A stretch of DNA of 64,000 bases from the human T2T-CHM13v2.0 reference genome, Homo sapiens (GCF_009914755.1 NC_060926.1), one strand, 5' to 3'. Counted from the stretch's first letter, positions 1 to 15,490 are shown. Numbers and translations: made by a program. Notes: generated from the letters alone by a model not told the origin.

Positions 1-1410
1 AGGAAACTTGTATCAGGACTTGACTTTGTTTTCTGGCTCCTCAAAGGTAGGAATCCATTGCACTGGGGAAGCCAAGGTGATCCTGGATTACTGGTCACTA
101 CACTCTGATGGGTGGTGTCAGCCAAAGCATTTCACAGTGCAGTGACAGCGGGTTCCATCCTCATTCACATGTACCAAAAGCAGCTACAGCAACAGTGTGG
201 TGAGGTATATGCTCATCGGTGGGGGTAGGGTGCTAGCGAGTGTCAGGGTGCCTGCCTCTATGCAGGCATTCAGCACAGTGGTGGAGGCAATGCGATTTGG
301 TGGGGAAAGAGGCCTCTGCTGGCAACTATGCACATGGTCACATTGGTGGTGGTGGTGACACAGGGGCAGGGCACTTGTCGGTACATGTCTGTTTGCACTC
401 TCTGTGCCACAAGCAGTGGTGCTCAGGGTGGGAGAGTGTCTGCTGTTTTCTCTTCCTAGTTTCACTTACACAGCAGTGTTGGCACAAAGGCAGTGCACTG
501 CCAGGGGCAGGGTTGGCTGGCTCTGTGCCTGCCAAGGCTTTTGACTGCAATGGCAGTTGGCAGGAGAAGTGGGGACAGACTGCACTCTATCCATAGTAGT
601 GGCAGGGCAGGGTGCATGCACACATGCATGCTGGCAGGGCAAAGAAGGCAAAACTGCCCTTGCACATATGTGCCTCGGCAAAGCAATGTGAGGTTTGCTA
701 TGGGTGTGGGGGAAGCTGCAATGTGAGGAGGGAAGGGGTGGGCTGGTGCATGGCCATGGGGGCCACCCCACTGGAGCTCCCCACTAGTCAGGCATAGTCC
801 ACCAGTGCAGCAGCTATGATGTGGGCTTCCAGGGCCAGTCTGGGGCCCCTTGAGAGGCCAGCAGACCAAGAGGTGCTCAGGTTGGACCAGTTTCATCTGA
901 TGGGCAAGACCACCCTGCAGAGTTCAGGTCCTACAGTTCCCCTAGGGCTAAAAAGTCTCCTATGGGAGAAAGTAGAGACCAGGGGGATGGTCATCCCTGG
1001 CCATGCTCTGCTATAGATGCTCCTGCACCAAACCATCTAGGCTTCACATCAGCTGGCTTGCTGCCTCTACCACTTTTCTAAGCAGCTCTCTGTGAATTTG
1101 AGTGCTCATGGTAGTGGAGGAGTCTCCTCCTGCTGGGATTCCAGAGGCCCTTGGTGAGAGTGGGTTGCTCTTTGCCAGTTCAACTCACCCATTCCCCTAG
1201 AGTCACTGGGGACTAGGAATGAGTGCCAGTGCACAGTATGCCAGTGCAGGGTTCCTAGCTTCCTCCCACTTCAGCCCAGCTTCTGTGTCTTCCCTCCATC
1301 CACTCTCAGTGCCTTCCTTCTGAAGATCTATTAGGAGTGCACCAGATGTCTCAGTCCCTTGGTGAAAGCTGTTCCACCTGGCTGTCTAGTCAGCCATCTT
1401 GTCCTTTCCC
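1..1410 (-). mobile_element. Older primate L1 5'UTR (L1PREC2/L1PB/L1M-type), continues past window start
   Basis: GC-rich degenerate sequence ending in TCTAGTCAGCCATCTTG (1385-1401), reverse complement of the L1 5' terminus CAAGATGGCTGACTAGA (YY1 site); explains the spurious ORFs at 184-1016. Confidence 0.7.
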
Positions 1411-2321
1411 CTTATGCTTCTTAAGTTTTCTATATACTTACTTAAAATTGTCCACATGTTCTGTGTTGTACTAAAAGGAGTATGTTAGATTCTAATGTGT
1501 TTCTATCCATGTCTTTTTACAATGCCTGTAGCTTTTGCTTTATATAGGAGTAACTATGTTATTTGGTGCATATATACCTATAGCAGTGTGAATTGTGTCT
1601 TTTAACATTAAAATGTTTTCTGTATATGTGAACAAGTTTCTTTTACATTATGCTACATAATTTTGTCTGCTCTGGACCAGAGCCCAGCAACCCTACAATT
1701 TCTGATCTTTATACTGCTGATCAATAAACATTTTGGTATAGAATGATATGCAATTTGATTTTGAGCTTAGTTATGTTTTATTAAATTGGTTCTTTATATA
1801 ATTTCTTGAGGTGTACATAGAGCAAATAGGGATATTCAAAGTATGATATTTAATAGCATTTTGATAGAAATCTCTCATTTAATTAGCTCTTTTTCCTTTG
1901 TTTTGGACTCAATACATATTTAGTATCTTAGAGTCACAGAAAATGTATTACAATTCTATTCACCCATTTCCAACTCATCAGTAAAATTTTCCCAACAATT
2001 CTACTCAGTATTTTACTCTTTTAACTTCCATGGCATTATTGTCTGTTGCATTATTGATATGTCATTGGTGTAATATCTCATGTAAATTAATCTTATCTCT
2101 CCAATTTGTACCCCACCTTTTCAATAACAGAATCCACTTGGAGTCACCTTTCTTAGAGATTAAACCTAGAGACCCTCCCAGGAGCTAACAATCCAGTTGA
2201 TTGTATTCTATAATATAGAAATGAGAAAAGTATTGTGGATTCACAGTAGGGAGAGTGAATGGAAAAGAGTTATAGGTGATGCTGGAGTTGTGCCTTGAAT
2301 TTGTAAGAAATTCAGGCAGTA

Positions 2322-2696
<375 letters not shown>

Positions 2697-4474
2697 TCAG
2701 ATAAGGAGGCAAAGACATTCTAATGAACAAATAATTTGATCAAATGTGTAAAGATATTGAAATACATGGCTTATTCGGAAAATGATGGTGAGTCCAGGGT
2801 GAATGAAGCACAGTGGGTAAGGATGTTCAGAAGACATTGTTCTCCTCTAGAGTGGTGTCCTTTATGTCCTGGGAAGGAGTCGGAGTTCTATTCTTCTAGT
2901 ACTAGAGGTAATCATTAGGGGTGTTTAAAGGGGAAAATAATATGAACATTATTAGCTTGGAGAAAATAACTGTGTCAACAGTTTGGGAAATATATATCAG
3001 GAAGTATTTCAAAGAAAAGGACGTTGGTATAAAAGCTACCCAATGTGGCTAGAGGAGACATGCTGAATAACTGAACTAAAGCAGTGGTGGTAGGAATTGG
3101 TAAAAGTGGTCAAATTTAATAGCTGTTTTGTGGGTAGAATTGCTAAAACTCAATGTCTAATTAGTTGTCACAGATAAGACAAATTAGAGGATGACTTCAG
3201 TATTTCTAGCAATAACAATTTTGTAAGTGGCCTAAGAACATAGGAGACAGAAAAAGCTCAAAAGAAAGAGCAAATTTAAAACTCACATACGTGGCAAAAT
3301 GAGGAAAAAGAAGTACTCTCTCTCTTCCTGCCCCTCCCCAATCCCCACCCCTAGCAATCACTGGGCTTCAGCCTTAATGTGAAAAAGGGATGTGAAGAAA
3401 AACAATTAAATTCAAGAAAGGTCAGGGCATTATAAGCTATAGTATTGTAAGTTAAGAAAAATAAAGTTGCCTTAAGGTTGAACAGAGGCAGATTAAATTC
3501 CCAATAAGTCTTCTTTTTCACCATCACTATTAGGATTTTTCCACAAAGGCAGTTAATTCTCTAAGCCATAGCATCTAAGGAAATGAAATAACTCAGTAGG
3601 ACCAGAGTCCCAGAGGGACTGTGTCTATGGGACAGAACTAGGTAATTAATAGTTTGAATAAGTGAACGGCCAGTATCCAGAAGCAGATTTCACACAGTGC
3701 TTATCTCCCCAAATGAAGATTCTGGAAGAAAATATGTTTAAGATACTCTTAAGCTATTAAATTACATTGTCATTGGAAGCCTGATGCCCTGGGCACTCCC
3801 AGAACATATGGCAGAAAAATACCATGTTGAGAATTTCATTGCCAACATCAATCGGCAGCTTTGAGAGTCACAGCTGCCATGCTGGATGGGGTCCAAGGGT
3901 ATCTCGGGACTGCCTGTTCTTGTAAAACATAGATGGGAAGGTTGAGGTCCCAGGACTTTATTTTCGTCTTGCTACCAGGATCATGGATCACACCCCACAG
4001 CTGGTGCCCTATTTTCCCGGACCTTCTGCTCCATTTTCCTAGTAGAAATGACAGGCGAATATCATGACCAGGGCCATGAATCTATAAGTGGAGTGATGCA
4101 TGTGGCTTTCAAAGGGAAGCTAAGTTTCTTGGTTCTGGCCTTGTTTATAAGAAAGCAATTAGAAAGAAACTTGACAATGAATGGGTTGAGTGTGGGGATC
4201 CTGATTTGCTTTAGCAAGAGTGGTACTGCATTGAATCTGATAGCTATCTTCTAGAAATTGAGAGACTAGGAGCTGCTAAGTGAAACTTGAAGAAGTCTTA
4301 ACAGTAGATGAAATAAGCAGTTACCTAAAAACAGGTAACACCGTATCTGCTCCTTCTGATGAGTATTCTACATTTAACAGCAGGGTTGCCTGAATTCTAG
4401 CCATTAGATTAAGTCTTGGTTTGAAATTAAGAAGTTATTTCATTAAGTCCTCTCTTAAGATGAAAATACTCCCT

Positions 4475-4779
<305 letters not shown>

Positions 4780-7700
4780 CTAGTCAGGAATGTTGTTTTA
4801 TGACTTGTCTTTGTTTTGTTGTTGTTTGTTTGTCTGTGTTCTCATAGGGAAAACTTTTTCTGACTTTGCCCCTTTTATGACCTTAAATTCCTATGCACTA
4901 ACTGCAGAGGGCAGCATATTAGCAATAACATGTAAACCAATTTAGGTATTGGAATTCATCAGCTTAGCATAACAATAAAATAACACCAACAGAATGATAT
5001 ATGGATCTGCATATTTTATTAGGGGGATCAGGGTGGAGAAGCAAGTTGAAGAATTCACAAACCAGGAGCCTTAGCCTGGGAAGGCACAGTGACTAAAATG
5101 GAGTTGTGGCCAGACCAGGAATACCGTGGAAATACAGAACTAGGGAACAAACACTGTCTTCATCTTCCCATAATGCCTAGGATATAGTAATTGCTCAGAG
5201 TCAATCTAATTTAACATTCAAAGGTTGACCGTTGTCTTCTAGATAAAGTGTGGCCTATATATTACACTGTTAATAACTAACATTAAAAACCTCCCACCTA
5301 CTTTTGCAAATGCCAGTTTCCCTATTTGCATACACTATATAATTTTCTGAATTTATTTCCACTATTATGATTTTTGCATGAATTTGAATTTTAGACAATG
5401 AAGAAACAGTATGATTATCACTTTTGTATCCTTCCTTTAGGGAGTTACATTGTATCCAGGAAGGATTATAACTTGTTGTGCATCAGGCTGAGAATTTAAC
5501 CTTAATAACATAAGACATTTTAAGAGAATACGTAGAATCTTTCTGGATTAGTTCTTTGTGTATTGGGCTTAGCTGATATATTTTTTTTAATCTCATATTT
5601 TACTTTTCCAGAGCACACAAGCAGAAATTTAAGAGCAATGAATGTGTGACTGATAAGACGAGTGAATAATTAGCAGTATTATAAACAGAGCAAAAACAAG
5701 GAAAACGAAAAAGCTCCTTCTGTATTAATACCATAGGTATGAAATGCCAGAACAATGCTTTTGAAATGAAAAGCAATTAATCTTCTTCACAAATTCTCTA
5801 TAGTATTTAAGTTACTTCTAATTTGGAAAAAAACACATTAAATGTATATGAGAAAATTAATCACTCATGTGCTTTAATGTGGAAAGAATAAAGAATCTGA
5901 GAATAGCATGTAAACAAAGAAAACCTGTGGTTACTCATCAAAGTGTTTTATTTTCATTAATTTTGTCAAAATATTTTATTCATGAAATCAGTCAATGACA
6001 AAGAATTAGAAAAGTTATAAATTAAAAATGAGATCACCTTTCAAGCCAAATATTTTGTATCTAGTGCAGTGTAAAGAAATGAATCCTGCTTTATATAGAT
6101 TTATCTGTCCCTCCATTGTTTTGTTTTTCCTTTATTTCATGAGAATAAATGTTTCAGCCCCTCTAAAAACATAATGTAAATAGAGAGTTCATCTTCCGAT
6201 TGCTTGTTATTTGGAGCATGAGTGACTGAGGTGGATTCAAATGCACCATTGTGAACCATGTGAAGAAAAGAGAGAGGACGGAGCTCTGGAGTAAGGACCA
6301 TCAGAATGATGGCCAGCATGCTGATGCTGGGTCTAGCTTACTGTTTACCATGTATTTGGAGCTCAACCAATCTGAGTTAAATAAATGAATACATACATCA
6401 ATGAAAATATGAGTAAAAAAACTCAATTTTGGAAATGCTACAGGTGATGTGACTTCCAAAGTTCATTCTCAGTGTTTTTCAATGTTTCATCTATGAGATT
6501 CTAAGGAGTCAAAGATTTGGACTTCTATATGTCACAGGTATTACAAAACTACAGGGAAAACATAATATTTCTGTAATCCTTGTCCTGAAGAGCCAAAATT
6601 AAGATTTGATGTAACTTAGAAGAATTTTGTCATTAGCGCCAATCATCATGTCATAGATTTAATGTTATGATTTATGAAATAAAGATTCACAGTTCAAGCT
6701 TTCAGTTGCCACAGATCACATTCACCAAATAATACCCACCTATTATATTTTTCTTGAGACAAACAGATTTTTATTTTGTTCCCTAAACTCATGGCCTCAT
6801 GGAAGATGCCCCCTCAAAGACAGATTGTGACCTTCAGAAGCATTTTCCAAGACTTCAATCTTAAACTATCTTAAAAGAATACAAATTCAGGGGAAAAACA
6901 TAAAACCCAAACTTTAAACTCCAAAATAACCTTCCACTCAGAATCAATATCATCCATCAAAGGTGAATTTCCTAAAGTTTACTTTATGATAGTTGTTTCT
7001 TTTTTTCTTCCCTTTATTTTCACTGGTATTTATGGCTGTTTGAAAATTTGCTAAGGAAGAACATCTAGCTTGTTTATGCCTATATTTTTAATGAACATTT
7101 GCAATGCCACTTTTGAGAATTTAGAATGTTTATATCACCATGAGTCAGAATTATTCGATTACATGATACTGTTATGGGCTGTAAGTTTGACTTTTGCTAT
7201 GCTCAGATGTTCAATGAAGGTATGACCTATTTATTTCTATCATATTGATTTGACCTCTACAATAAGATCCCTAACCTCCATTGAAAAATGACAGGAGGAA
7301 AAACTGGATCTTGTTTCTTTGACACTAAGTCTTTACTTGAATGATTCAGGTGAAATGTTCAGTCTTTAGCATTTTGGACCCTCCCGTTGCTCCTATGCAA
7401 GTATATCCTTAGTAGTCCAGTCTGAAAAAGCATCAGAGAAGAACTCTGCTTGGCCAACCTCAATTCATATGCACCCTTTACATAAATAAAGTTGAGATAA
7501 GGAAGTAGAATTATGTAGGCATATGAAATGGCCCACTAGAATCTCATGAATAAAATAAGGGAAGAACCATTTCTCAGAAGTCAAGAAAAGAAAAAGTGGA
7601 GTAATTTGAGGATTTCGAGCCAATATATACACATTATAGTTGGGATGTGGAAAGAGCATTTGAAGTGGAAATCAGTAGAGTAGAAAGCAGTTAGAGGGAC

Positions 7701-8232
7701 AAACACATCCTTAGGACTTAGAGAAGAAGAGTTATTAGAGGGCCTGTTTCTGGCCTCTTGCTCTGGGGAAATGTGTTATTGTGCAGATAGGATTTAACTA
7801 ATTAACAAAGAGAGAGAGGAAGAGATGAAGAAAGGAAGGAAGAAAGAAGAAAAAAGACTGGGCAGTAGTATGAGCTCTGGAAGCACTTGTGTATTCATAA
7901 AGTCTGTGTGCTTCTCTTTGAGTGGTTTTCGTAGTCCTGTACTGTGAAACCCAACTGCCTCAACTTCATTCTTGAGGCAGTTCTCATCCCCCATAGGCTG
8001 TTTCCTGGCTGTATAATGCCTTCTCTTCCCCCAAAATGATCGCTCCAAGGTCAATCCAGTCTCTTTCTTAAAGCAGTAAAAAGCAGGAATAGAGCACTGT
8101 TTTTTCTTTTCTGCACCTCCCTACCCTCCCCCACCCACCCCCATATACACATAATGGAGCTTTCTTTTTCTGATATATTTGTCAAAACTTGTTAGGAGAC
8201 AAAGTGGCCAACTAATGTGCTGTACAGTATAA

Positions 8233-8610
<378 letters not shown>

Positions 8611-9229
8611 TAGACCAGAGAAGGGAGTTGTTGCCAGATGAATGTGGTAGAGCCTTAAACTCTGTGAATCAAAGATCCTGACGACTCTGTGTTTTCAATT
8701 TTGGCTGTATTTAATAATTTCCTACACCACCTAAAATCCCAAAATTAGAAAAAACACCATGTTAAAATAATTTTCTCCTGAAATATAAGTACACTGGGAA
8801 GATTAAGTAGAACTGACCAGAATTCATTTAAGCTTCAATGGAAATTAATTAATTTTCACTTTTTTACATGAGAATCAGCAGCCCTGCCTAATCAGTCTGT
8901 TCTCCTGTGCCCTGCTTTCTTGACACTTTCAACATCTTTGCTGAATGCTTGCTGGTTTCATAATGCCTGCCTGAAAATGTGATGACAAGAAGAGTTGGCA
9001 CTCTCATATATTTTTGTTGGTATATAAATGGGTGTAGCCTTTTAGGAGTACAATTTTTAGAGTCTGATAAAATTTTTTTTGCATGAGGTTTTATTTTTTT
9101 AAACCAATTTTCCATCTACTTTATTTCATTTTTCTTTGGAGCAAATATATAATTTATTGCAATGAACATAGAAAGATTAAAATTGCATATTAAACATAAT
9201 TGATATAAAAAGAATCCAACTAAGCAAAT

Positions 9230-10403
9230 TATTTTTTAATAGACCAATAAAACTTCTATATATTTACAGTGTAGAACATGAGGTTTTAATATATGTATAC
9301 ATTGTGCAATGGCTCAATCAAGCTAATTATAATATGTATTACCTCACATACTTACCATTTATTGTGGTGAGAACATTTAAAATCTCTCTTACTGATTTCC
9401 AAGTACAGTATACAATACAGTTATTAACTGTAATCACCATGCTCTGCGATAGATCTTTGGAATTATTCTTTCTACCTAACAAATTTTGCTTCCTTTGACC
9501 AACACGCGCCCACCTCTCAATCTCCATCCAGCCCCTGGTAACATTCTACTACTCTCTGCTTCTATGACTTTTTTTAGATTCCATAATCTCCGTAAGTGAG
9601 ATTATGCAGTGTTTGTCTTTCTGTGTCTGGTTTACTTCACTTAGCATGTCCTCTGGGATCATCCACATCATCTCATCACAAATGATAGGATTTCTTTATT
9701 TTTTAATACTTAATACCATTCCATTGTGTATAAATACCACATTTCTTTTTCCATTCATCCATTGATAGGCACATGGGTTGATTCTGTATTTTGGTTTTTG
9801 TGAATAATGCTACAATAGACATAGTAGTGCACATACTATATGTCTTTCACATTCAGATTTCATTTTCTTTAGATATATACCTACAAGTTAAATTGCCTGA
9901 TCATATGGTAGTTTTATTTTTAATTTTTTGAGGAACCTCCATACTTTTTTTCATAGTTTTTATGCTAATTTACATTCTTACCAACTGTGTTACAAGGGTT
10001 TCCTTTTCTCCACATCCTCAGAAACATTTGTTATCTCTTGTCTCTTTGATAATAGCAATCCTAACAGCTGTGAGGTGACATCTCATTGTGGTCTTAATTT
10101 GCATTTGCCTGGTGATTATGTTCAGCATTTTTTTTTAAATACCTATGAGCCATTGGTATGTTTTGGGAAATTTATTTTCAGGTTCTTTGCCCATTTCTAA
10201 ATCAGTTTATTTGTTTTCTTGCTTTTGAGTTGTTTGAATTCCCTATGTATTTTGAATTTTAACCCTTTATCAAATGTATGGTTCCTAAATATCTTCTCCC
10301 ACTTTGTAGATTGTCTCTTCACTTCACTGTTTCTTATGCTGTGCATAAGTTTTTTAGTTTGATGCAATCCCATTTGTCTGTTTTTTCTTTTGTTGCCTAT
10401 GCA
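9230..10403 (-). mobile_element. L1MA-type 3' end (ORF2 C-terminus + 3'UTR)
   Basis: L1MA 3'UTR signature (TATTACCTCACATACTTACC...GTGGTGAGAACATTTAAAATCT); ORF2 remnant WEKIFRNHTFDKGL. Confidence 0.85.
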
Positions 10404-10454
10404 CATATCTGATCATACTTTCTGACTTAGGAAATCTATTGCTGGGAATTTACC

Positions 10455-10612
10455 ATATATATATATATATACATACACACACATATATATACCTATATAC
10501 ATATACGTACACATATACATATATATACATATATATACACATATACATACACATATACATATATATACATATATACACATATATGTGTGTGTGTATGTAT
10601 ATATATACACAC
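10455..10612. repeat. (TA)n/(TACA)n/(TG)n low-complexity microsatellite
   Basis: Alternating purine-pyrimidine tract. Confidence 0.95.
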
Positions 10613-11250
10613 TCATCAAAATATGCCAAGTTTTTAAGAGAAGTGTGGTTAATTCTGGGGTTTTTTCCCCCAATAGCATTATATGTAACTCTTAAAAACT
10701 ACAATGTAGCTATCTTTTATCTAGAAAGTCAGTAAAATGCATTTTAAGGGGGATGATGATACAAGTTAGAGATTGAACATTGTTTTATTATTGTTTCTAA
10801 TTTCTTAAATTATTTATTAAATGTATATACGTCTGTATATTTATTCTGGAATAGGAGTTTTTTTCTTAAGTCAGGCAACTACTAACTGTTTTCCTTCAGA
10901 AAGAATAATATTTGCAACTTTATATCTTTCTATAATGTTTCAGTTTTCTTTCTAGGAGAAGCTGACATAAAAGGGATTTGTTTGTTTTACTTTGTTTATT
11001 CTCTTTTGGTTTTTGTTGTTATTGTCTAAATTTCAGCTGGTGTTTTCTAGGCAATCAGTCTTCAACCTATAAGTCATTTGTGTTTCCTCATTTATATATT
11101 TTGCATTAAACAAAAAATAAAACTGGAAAAATACTACTTACAAAGCATTGAGGGGAAAGAGAAAGTTTTGCTGAAAATCAGGTGTACTGCTTTTTACGTT
11201 TGAGCAAACCTATTAGAATCAAGTGACACCTCCTCTCTCCAGGTAGAGAC

Positions 11251-11682
11251 TGTCAGGCCTCTGAGCCCAAGCTAAGCCATCATATCGCCTGTGACCTGCA
11301 CGTGTACATCCAGATGGCCTGAAGCAACTGAAGATCCACAAAATAAGTGAAAATAGACTTAACTGATGACATTCCACCATTGTGATTTGTTTCTGCCCCA
11401 CCCTAACTGATCAATGTACTTTGTAATCTCCCCCACCCTTAAGAAGGTTCTTTGTAGTTCTCCCCACCCTTGAGAATGTGCTTTGTGAGAGCCACCCCCT
11501 GCCCACAAAACATTGCTCCTAACTCCACCACCTCTCCCAAAACCTTTAAGAACTAATGATAATCCCACCACCCTTTGCTGACTCTCTTTTTGGACTCAGC
11601 CCACCTGCACCCGGGTGAAATAAACAGCCTTGTTGCTCACACAAAGCCTGTTGGTGGACTCTTTACACGGACACATGAGACA
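11251..11682 (+). mobile_element. HERV-H solo LTR (LTR7 family, LTR7B-like)
   Basis: Starts TGTCAGGCCTCTGAGCCCAAGCTAAGCC, ends ...GAGACA; AATAAA at 11619; TSD GAGAC/GAGAT. Confidence 0.93.
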
Positions 11683-12137
11683 GAGATCAGCTGGTGTCCT
11701 TGCCCTTCCTCAAATGACACAGCTTTCAAGGAAGTTTAAGAAAACATATAAAATACAAGAAAAGAAAATAAATGACTTAAGGCAGAATTTTTCAAACTGT
11801 TATTTCACAGAGTACTGTTGTGCGACATGTTTTTCAGTAACAAAATATTTATGAGAGACACTTGCTTTAAAAATAAATTATTGATCACCCAAGAACACTC
11901 TAGATAATGTATTATATTAAGGTAATTTGTGGCTGTCAAAGAAGGGGTATATAGTATGCAACCTTTCATTACCTACCTATTCCCAGCACTGACTTCTTCA
12001 GAATATCCCTTTTGTGAAATGCTATAATAGGAAAGCTGGTCAAAATAAAACTAAGAATAAAGAATCTGCTATAGAAATGTATACTATGATTCCTTGTAGT
12101 TGTTAGAAGTAAAACACAAATTTGACTCACTTGCAGA

Positions 12138-12917
12138 TGTTACCGGGGGTCCTTGCTCACAGAGCTTCCAAATGGTGGCGAGCCACTTCCAAGATGGTGG
12201 CGGGCTGCTTCCAAGATGGTGGCAAGCCTCTTGTTCTCTGACCTGGGGTTCTTGGCCTCACAGATTCCAAGGAATGGAATCTTGGGCCATGCAGTGAGTG
12301 TCATAGCTCTATTAGAAGCCGTGGGTCACAGAAGAGAACCGTGGAACCCAGTGACTAGTGTTCAGCACGATTAGGACAAACCCAGGCACTTAGCCATGCA
12401 GGAACAATGGCAAGCCTTTAGCCCGATCAGGAGTGTGCTCCCTGGATCAGGAGCACAGCCGACAACCTGCAGGATCCAGAGGGATGGAAGTCAGCAGAGG
12501 GTCTGTGAGGGCGGCAAAACAGCAGTGGTGGACAGCGAGCAAAAGCTCAGCTCCAGCCCTAACAAACATGGACCAGAAGAGTGCAGTTGCAAGATTTAAT
12601 AGAGTGAAAAGAGTGAAAACAGAGCTCCCATACAAGGGGAGGGGACACAAAGGGGGTTGCCATTGCTGGCTCCAATGCCTGGGTTTATATCCTGATCATT
12701 GTCCCTCCCACTGTGCTCTCAGGCAACAGATGATTGGCTATTTCTTTACCTCCTGCTTTTTGCCTAATTAGCATTTTAGTGAGCTCTCCTTACTATCTGA
12801 TTGGTTGGGTGTGAGCTAAGTTGCAAGCCCCGTGTTTAAAGGTGGAAGTGGTCACCTTCCCAGCTAGACTTAGGGATTCTTTGTCAGCCTAGGAAATCCA
12901 GCTACTCCTGTCTCTCA
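12138..12917 (-). mobile_element. HERV-W solo LTR (LTR17), 780 bp
   Basis: Minus strand starts TGAGAGACAGGAGTAGCTGGATTTCCTAGG; TATA GATATAAACCC (12681-12691); ATTAAA; U5 triple repeat CCACCATCTTGGAAG; TSD CAGA/CAAA. Confidence 0.93.
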
Positions 12918-13513
12918 CAAATGCCTGGTGAGAAAAGTTTCAATATAAGCCATTTTGTATACATATATATGTATTTATATGTATTTATTTTATAAAAATA
13001 TATGTATTCATTATATATGTATATAAAACAGCTCATATATGTACATATGTATACATATGTGTATATAAAATGTACATATATATGTATATTTTAGGACAAG
13101 AACATTTTCCCAATACTGCTGAGACTAGTAAAATTCCATTGAAGAGAATACTGAGAGATGTTATTGATAAAGATTTCCATAATTTTTGATCAACATGACA
13201 ACATTCCTTCTCTGGTCCCACTTTATGGCTGATGAATGAGCCCGAGGAAATCACAATGGCACAGACTCCCACTACCTCAAATCATGATCTTTAATGTCAA
13301 CTGGATATTAAACACCATTTAATTCAAATGAGCTCCTTTAACCTGCCTCAAACCTGTAGAGATTATTCTGGTCTCTCAGTAGATGACCTTGACTGAGAGA
13401 AAATTTATGCTCTTAGCTGTGACCTCTCTCAATTCTGCACCCCTATTCTTAAGCCTTCTCCATAGATGTAACCCCCTCACCTCTTAACACCAGTCTTAAA
13501 AAAAGAAAATGTT

Positions 13514-13832
13514 GGCTGGTGGCGGTGGCTTATGCCTGTAATCCCAGCACTTTGGAAGGCGGAGGCGGGCAGATCATGAGGTCAGGAGATTAAGACCATC
13601 CTGGCCGACATGGTGAAACCCCATGTCTACTAAAAATGCAAAAATTAGCTGGGGGTGATGGCGGGCTCCTGTAGTCCCAATTACTCAGGAGGTTGAGGCA
13701 GGAGAATTACAGTGAGCTGAGATGGCGCCAGGAGGCAGAGGTCACAGTGAGCTGAGATCATGCAACTGCACTCCAGCCTGGGTGACGGAGTGAGACTCCG
13801 TCTCAAAAAAAAAAAAAAAAAAAAAAAAAAAA
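13514..13832 (+). mobile_element. AluS with rearranged right arm and 28-nt A tail
   Basis: Alu dimer; TSD AAGAAAATGTT/AAGAAAATATT. Confidence 0.93.
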
Positions 13833-13859
13833 CACCAAGAAAATATTATATTTGGTTTC

Positions 13860-15490
13860 AGGTTAAACATTTCCTCCATGACATTCTATTTGGTTCATTT
13901 TTATAATTTCTATCTTTTTAGTGATATTTTCTATTTGGTGAGACTTTATTTTCCTAGCTTAGTTCTTTGTCCATGGTTGTTTTAGGCTCTTTAAGCATAT
14001 TTAGAACAGTTGATTTAAAGTCTTTGTTTAGCAAGTCTAATGCCTAGACTTACACAGGCACAGTTTTATTCATTTCTTATATTCCTGTGGCTGGGCTATA
14101 CTTTCTTTTTTCTTTGTGTGGCTCACGATTTTTTGCTAAAATGAGATATTTTAAATACTATAATGTGTCAACTCTGGAAATTAGAGTTTTCCCCTCTCAC
14201 CAGGGTTCATTGTTGCTGTTTATTGTGCGTTGTTGTTGTTTGTTTATTGACTTTCTTACATTACTTTTGTATAAAGTCTGTATTCTTTGTTGGGTATGAT
14301 CACCGGAGACTGTATTCCATTAGCTTAGTGGTCAGCAAGTGTTTTGAAAGAGATTTCTTTAAGCTGCTAGAACAAAGAAAAAGAAAAGGAAAACAATTTT
14401 CAGTGTTTTGATGATTGGCTCTGTGTTGGGGCCTCCTTCAATACTTGTCCAAACCATTTACAACTCTGCCTTAGCCTTCACTTGGAGGTTATCCAAAGAC
14501 AGACTTGGGACCTTCTCAGCCCTTTACCGAGAATATATCAAATTCTGCTCATGAACGTGTCCTTCTTGATTCCCTGGTATACAGAGGGATTTTAAAGCCT
14601 TTATTCCCCCAGCTGGGCATGGTGGCACACACCTGTAATCCCAACACCTTAGGAGGTGGAGGCAGGTGGATTCCTTGAGCTCAGAAGTTAGAGAAAAGCT
14701 GGAGCAACATAGCCACACCCTGTCTCTACCAAAAATACAAAAAAAAAAAAAAAAAGCCAGATGCGGCATGCACCTCTGGTCCTGGCTACTCAAGAGGCTG
14801 AGGTGGGAGAATCGCTTGAGCCCAGGAGGCAGAGGTTACTGTGAGCCGAGATCATGCCACAGCACTCCAGCCTTGGTGACAGAAGGATACCCCATCTCAA
14901 AAAAAAAAAAAGAAAAAAGAAAAAAAAAAGTCTTTATTTCCCCATGTATCCCCTTTCCCAACGTCTGTTTTTCCAGATTTTTGAGGCTGTCTACTTCTTT
15001 TCCAGGTGGTTCTCCCTTGCCTGAGACTGTTGCAGTCAATACTATGACCTTTAGATACTTTCAGCAAATGCCACCCAGGAAGCTCAGTCCCTAAATACTC
15101 TGAGTTACACTAAACAAAGGCAAGCCCTTTTGCCAGTCTTTCAGGAAGCCACCAAACGGACTGAAATCATTACTTGTGAATAAGGACTGTATTGTGCCTT
15201 CGGGCACTAGCAAACTGCCCCAAGAGTATGAGCTTCCATATTTATTGCTACTGCCCATCTAGGGCATGAAGGATGGCAAGCAAAGAATTTAAAATGTCAC
15301 AGGACTCTCTTACTGGGTGTAGCAGTTTTTTCCTTCATTAAGCATTCGTGCAGTGGTTGTAAGATTTTGACTACATTCTAGAGTTCTGTGACAGTTGATT
15401 CAGACAACTTTTACAAGCGTAGTAATTGACTTTGTGAAGGAATCAAAGCTTGTAGTTCCCTACTCTGACATTTTTGGTGATGTTATTCTC
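13860..15490 (-). mobile_element. Ancient L1M 5' region, interrupted by an Alu
   Basis: Degenerate L1M 5'/ORF1-start-like sequence (GATTTAAAGTCTTTGTTTAGCAAGTCTAATG); boundaries approximate. Confidence 0.6.
14611..14926 (+). mobile_element. AluJ-like
   Basis: Diverged dimer (GCTTGAGCCCAGGAGG); TSD AAAGCCTTTATTCCCC/AAAGTCTTTATTTCCC. Confidence 0.9.

Noticed and set aside
184-1016. Cluster of overlapping 60-144 aa ORFs
   Set aside because: They lie in a GC-rich L1 5'UTR and have no recognisable domain
4039-4081. Possible terminal coding exon (FMALVMIFACHFY*) on the minus strand
   Set aside because: Too short, no partner exons found, protein not recognised
10413-10735. Y/I/T/H-rich ORFs
   Set aside because: Artefacts of the (TA/CA)n microsatellite
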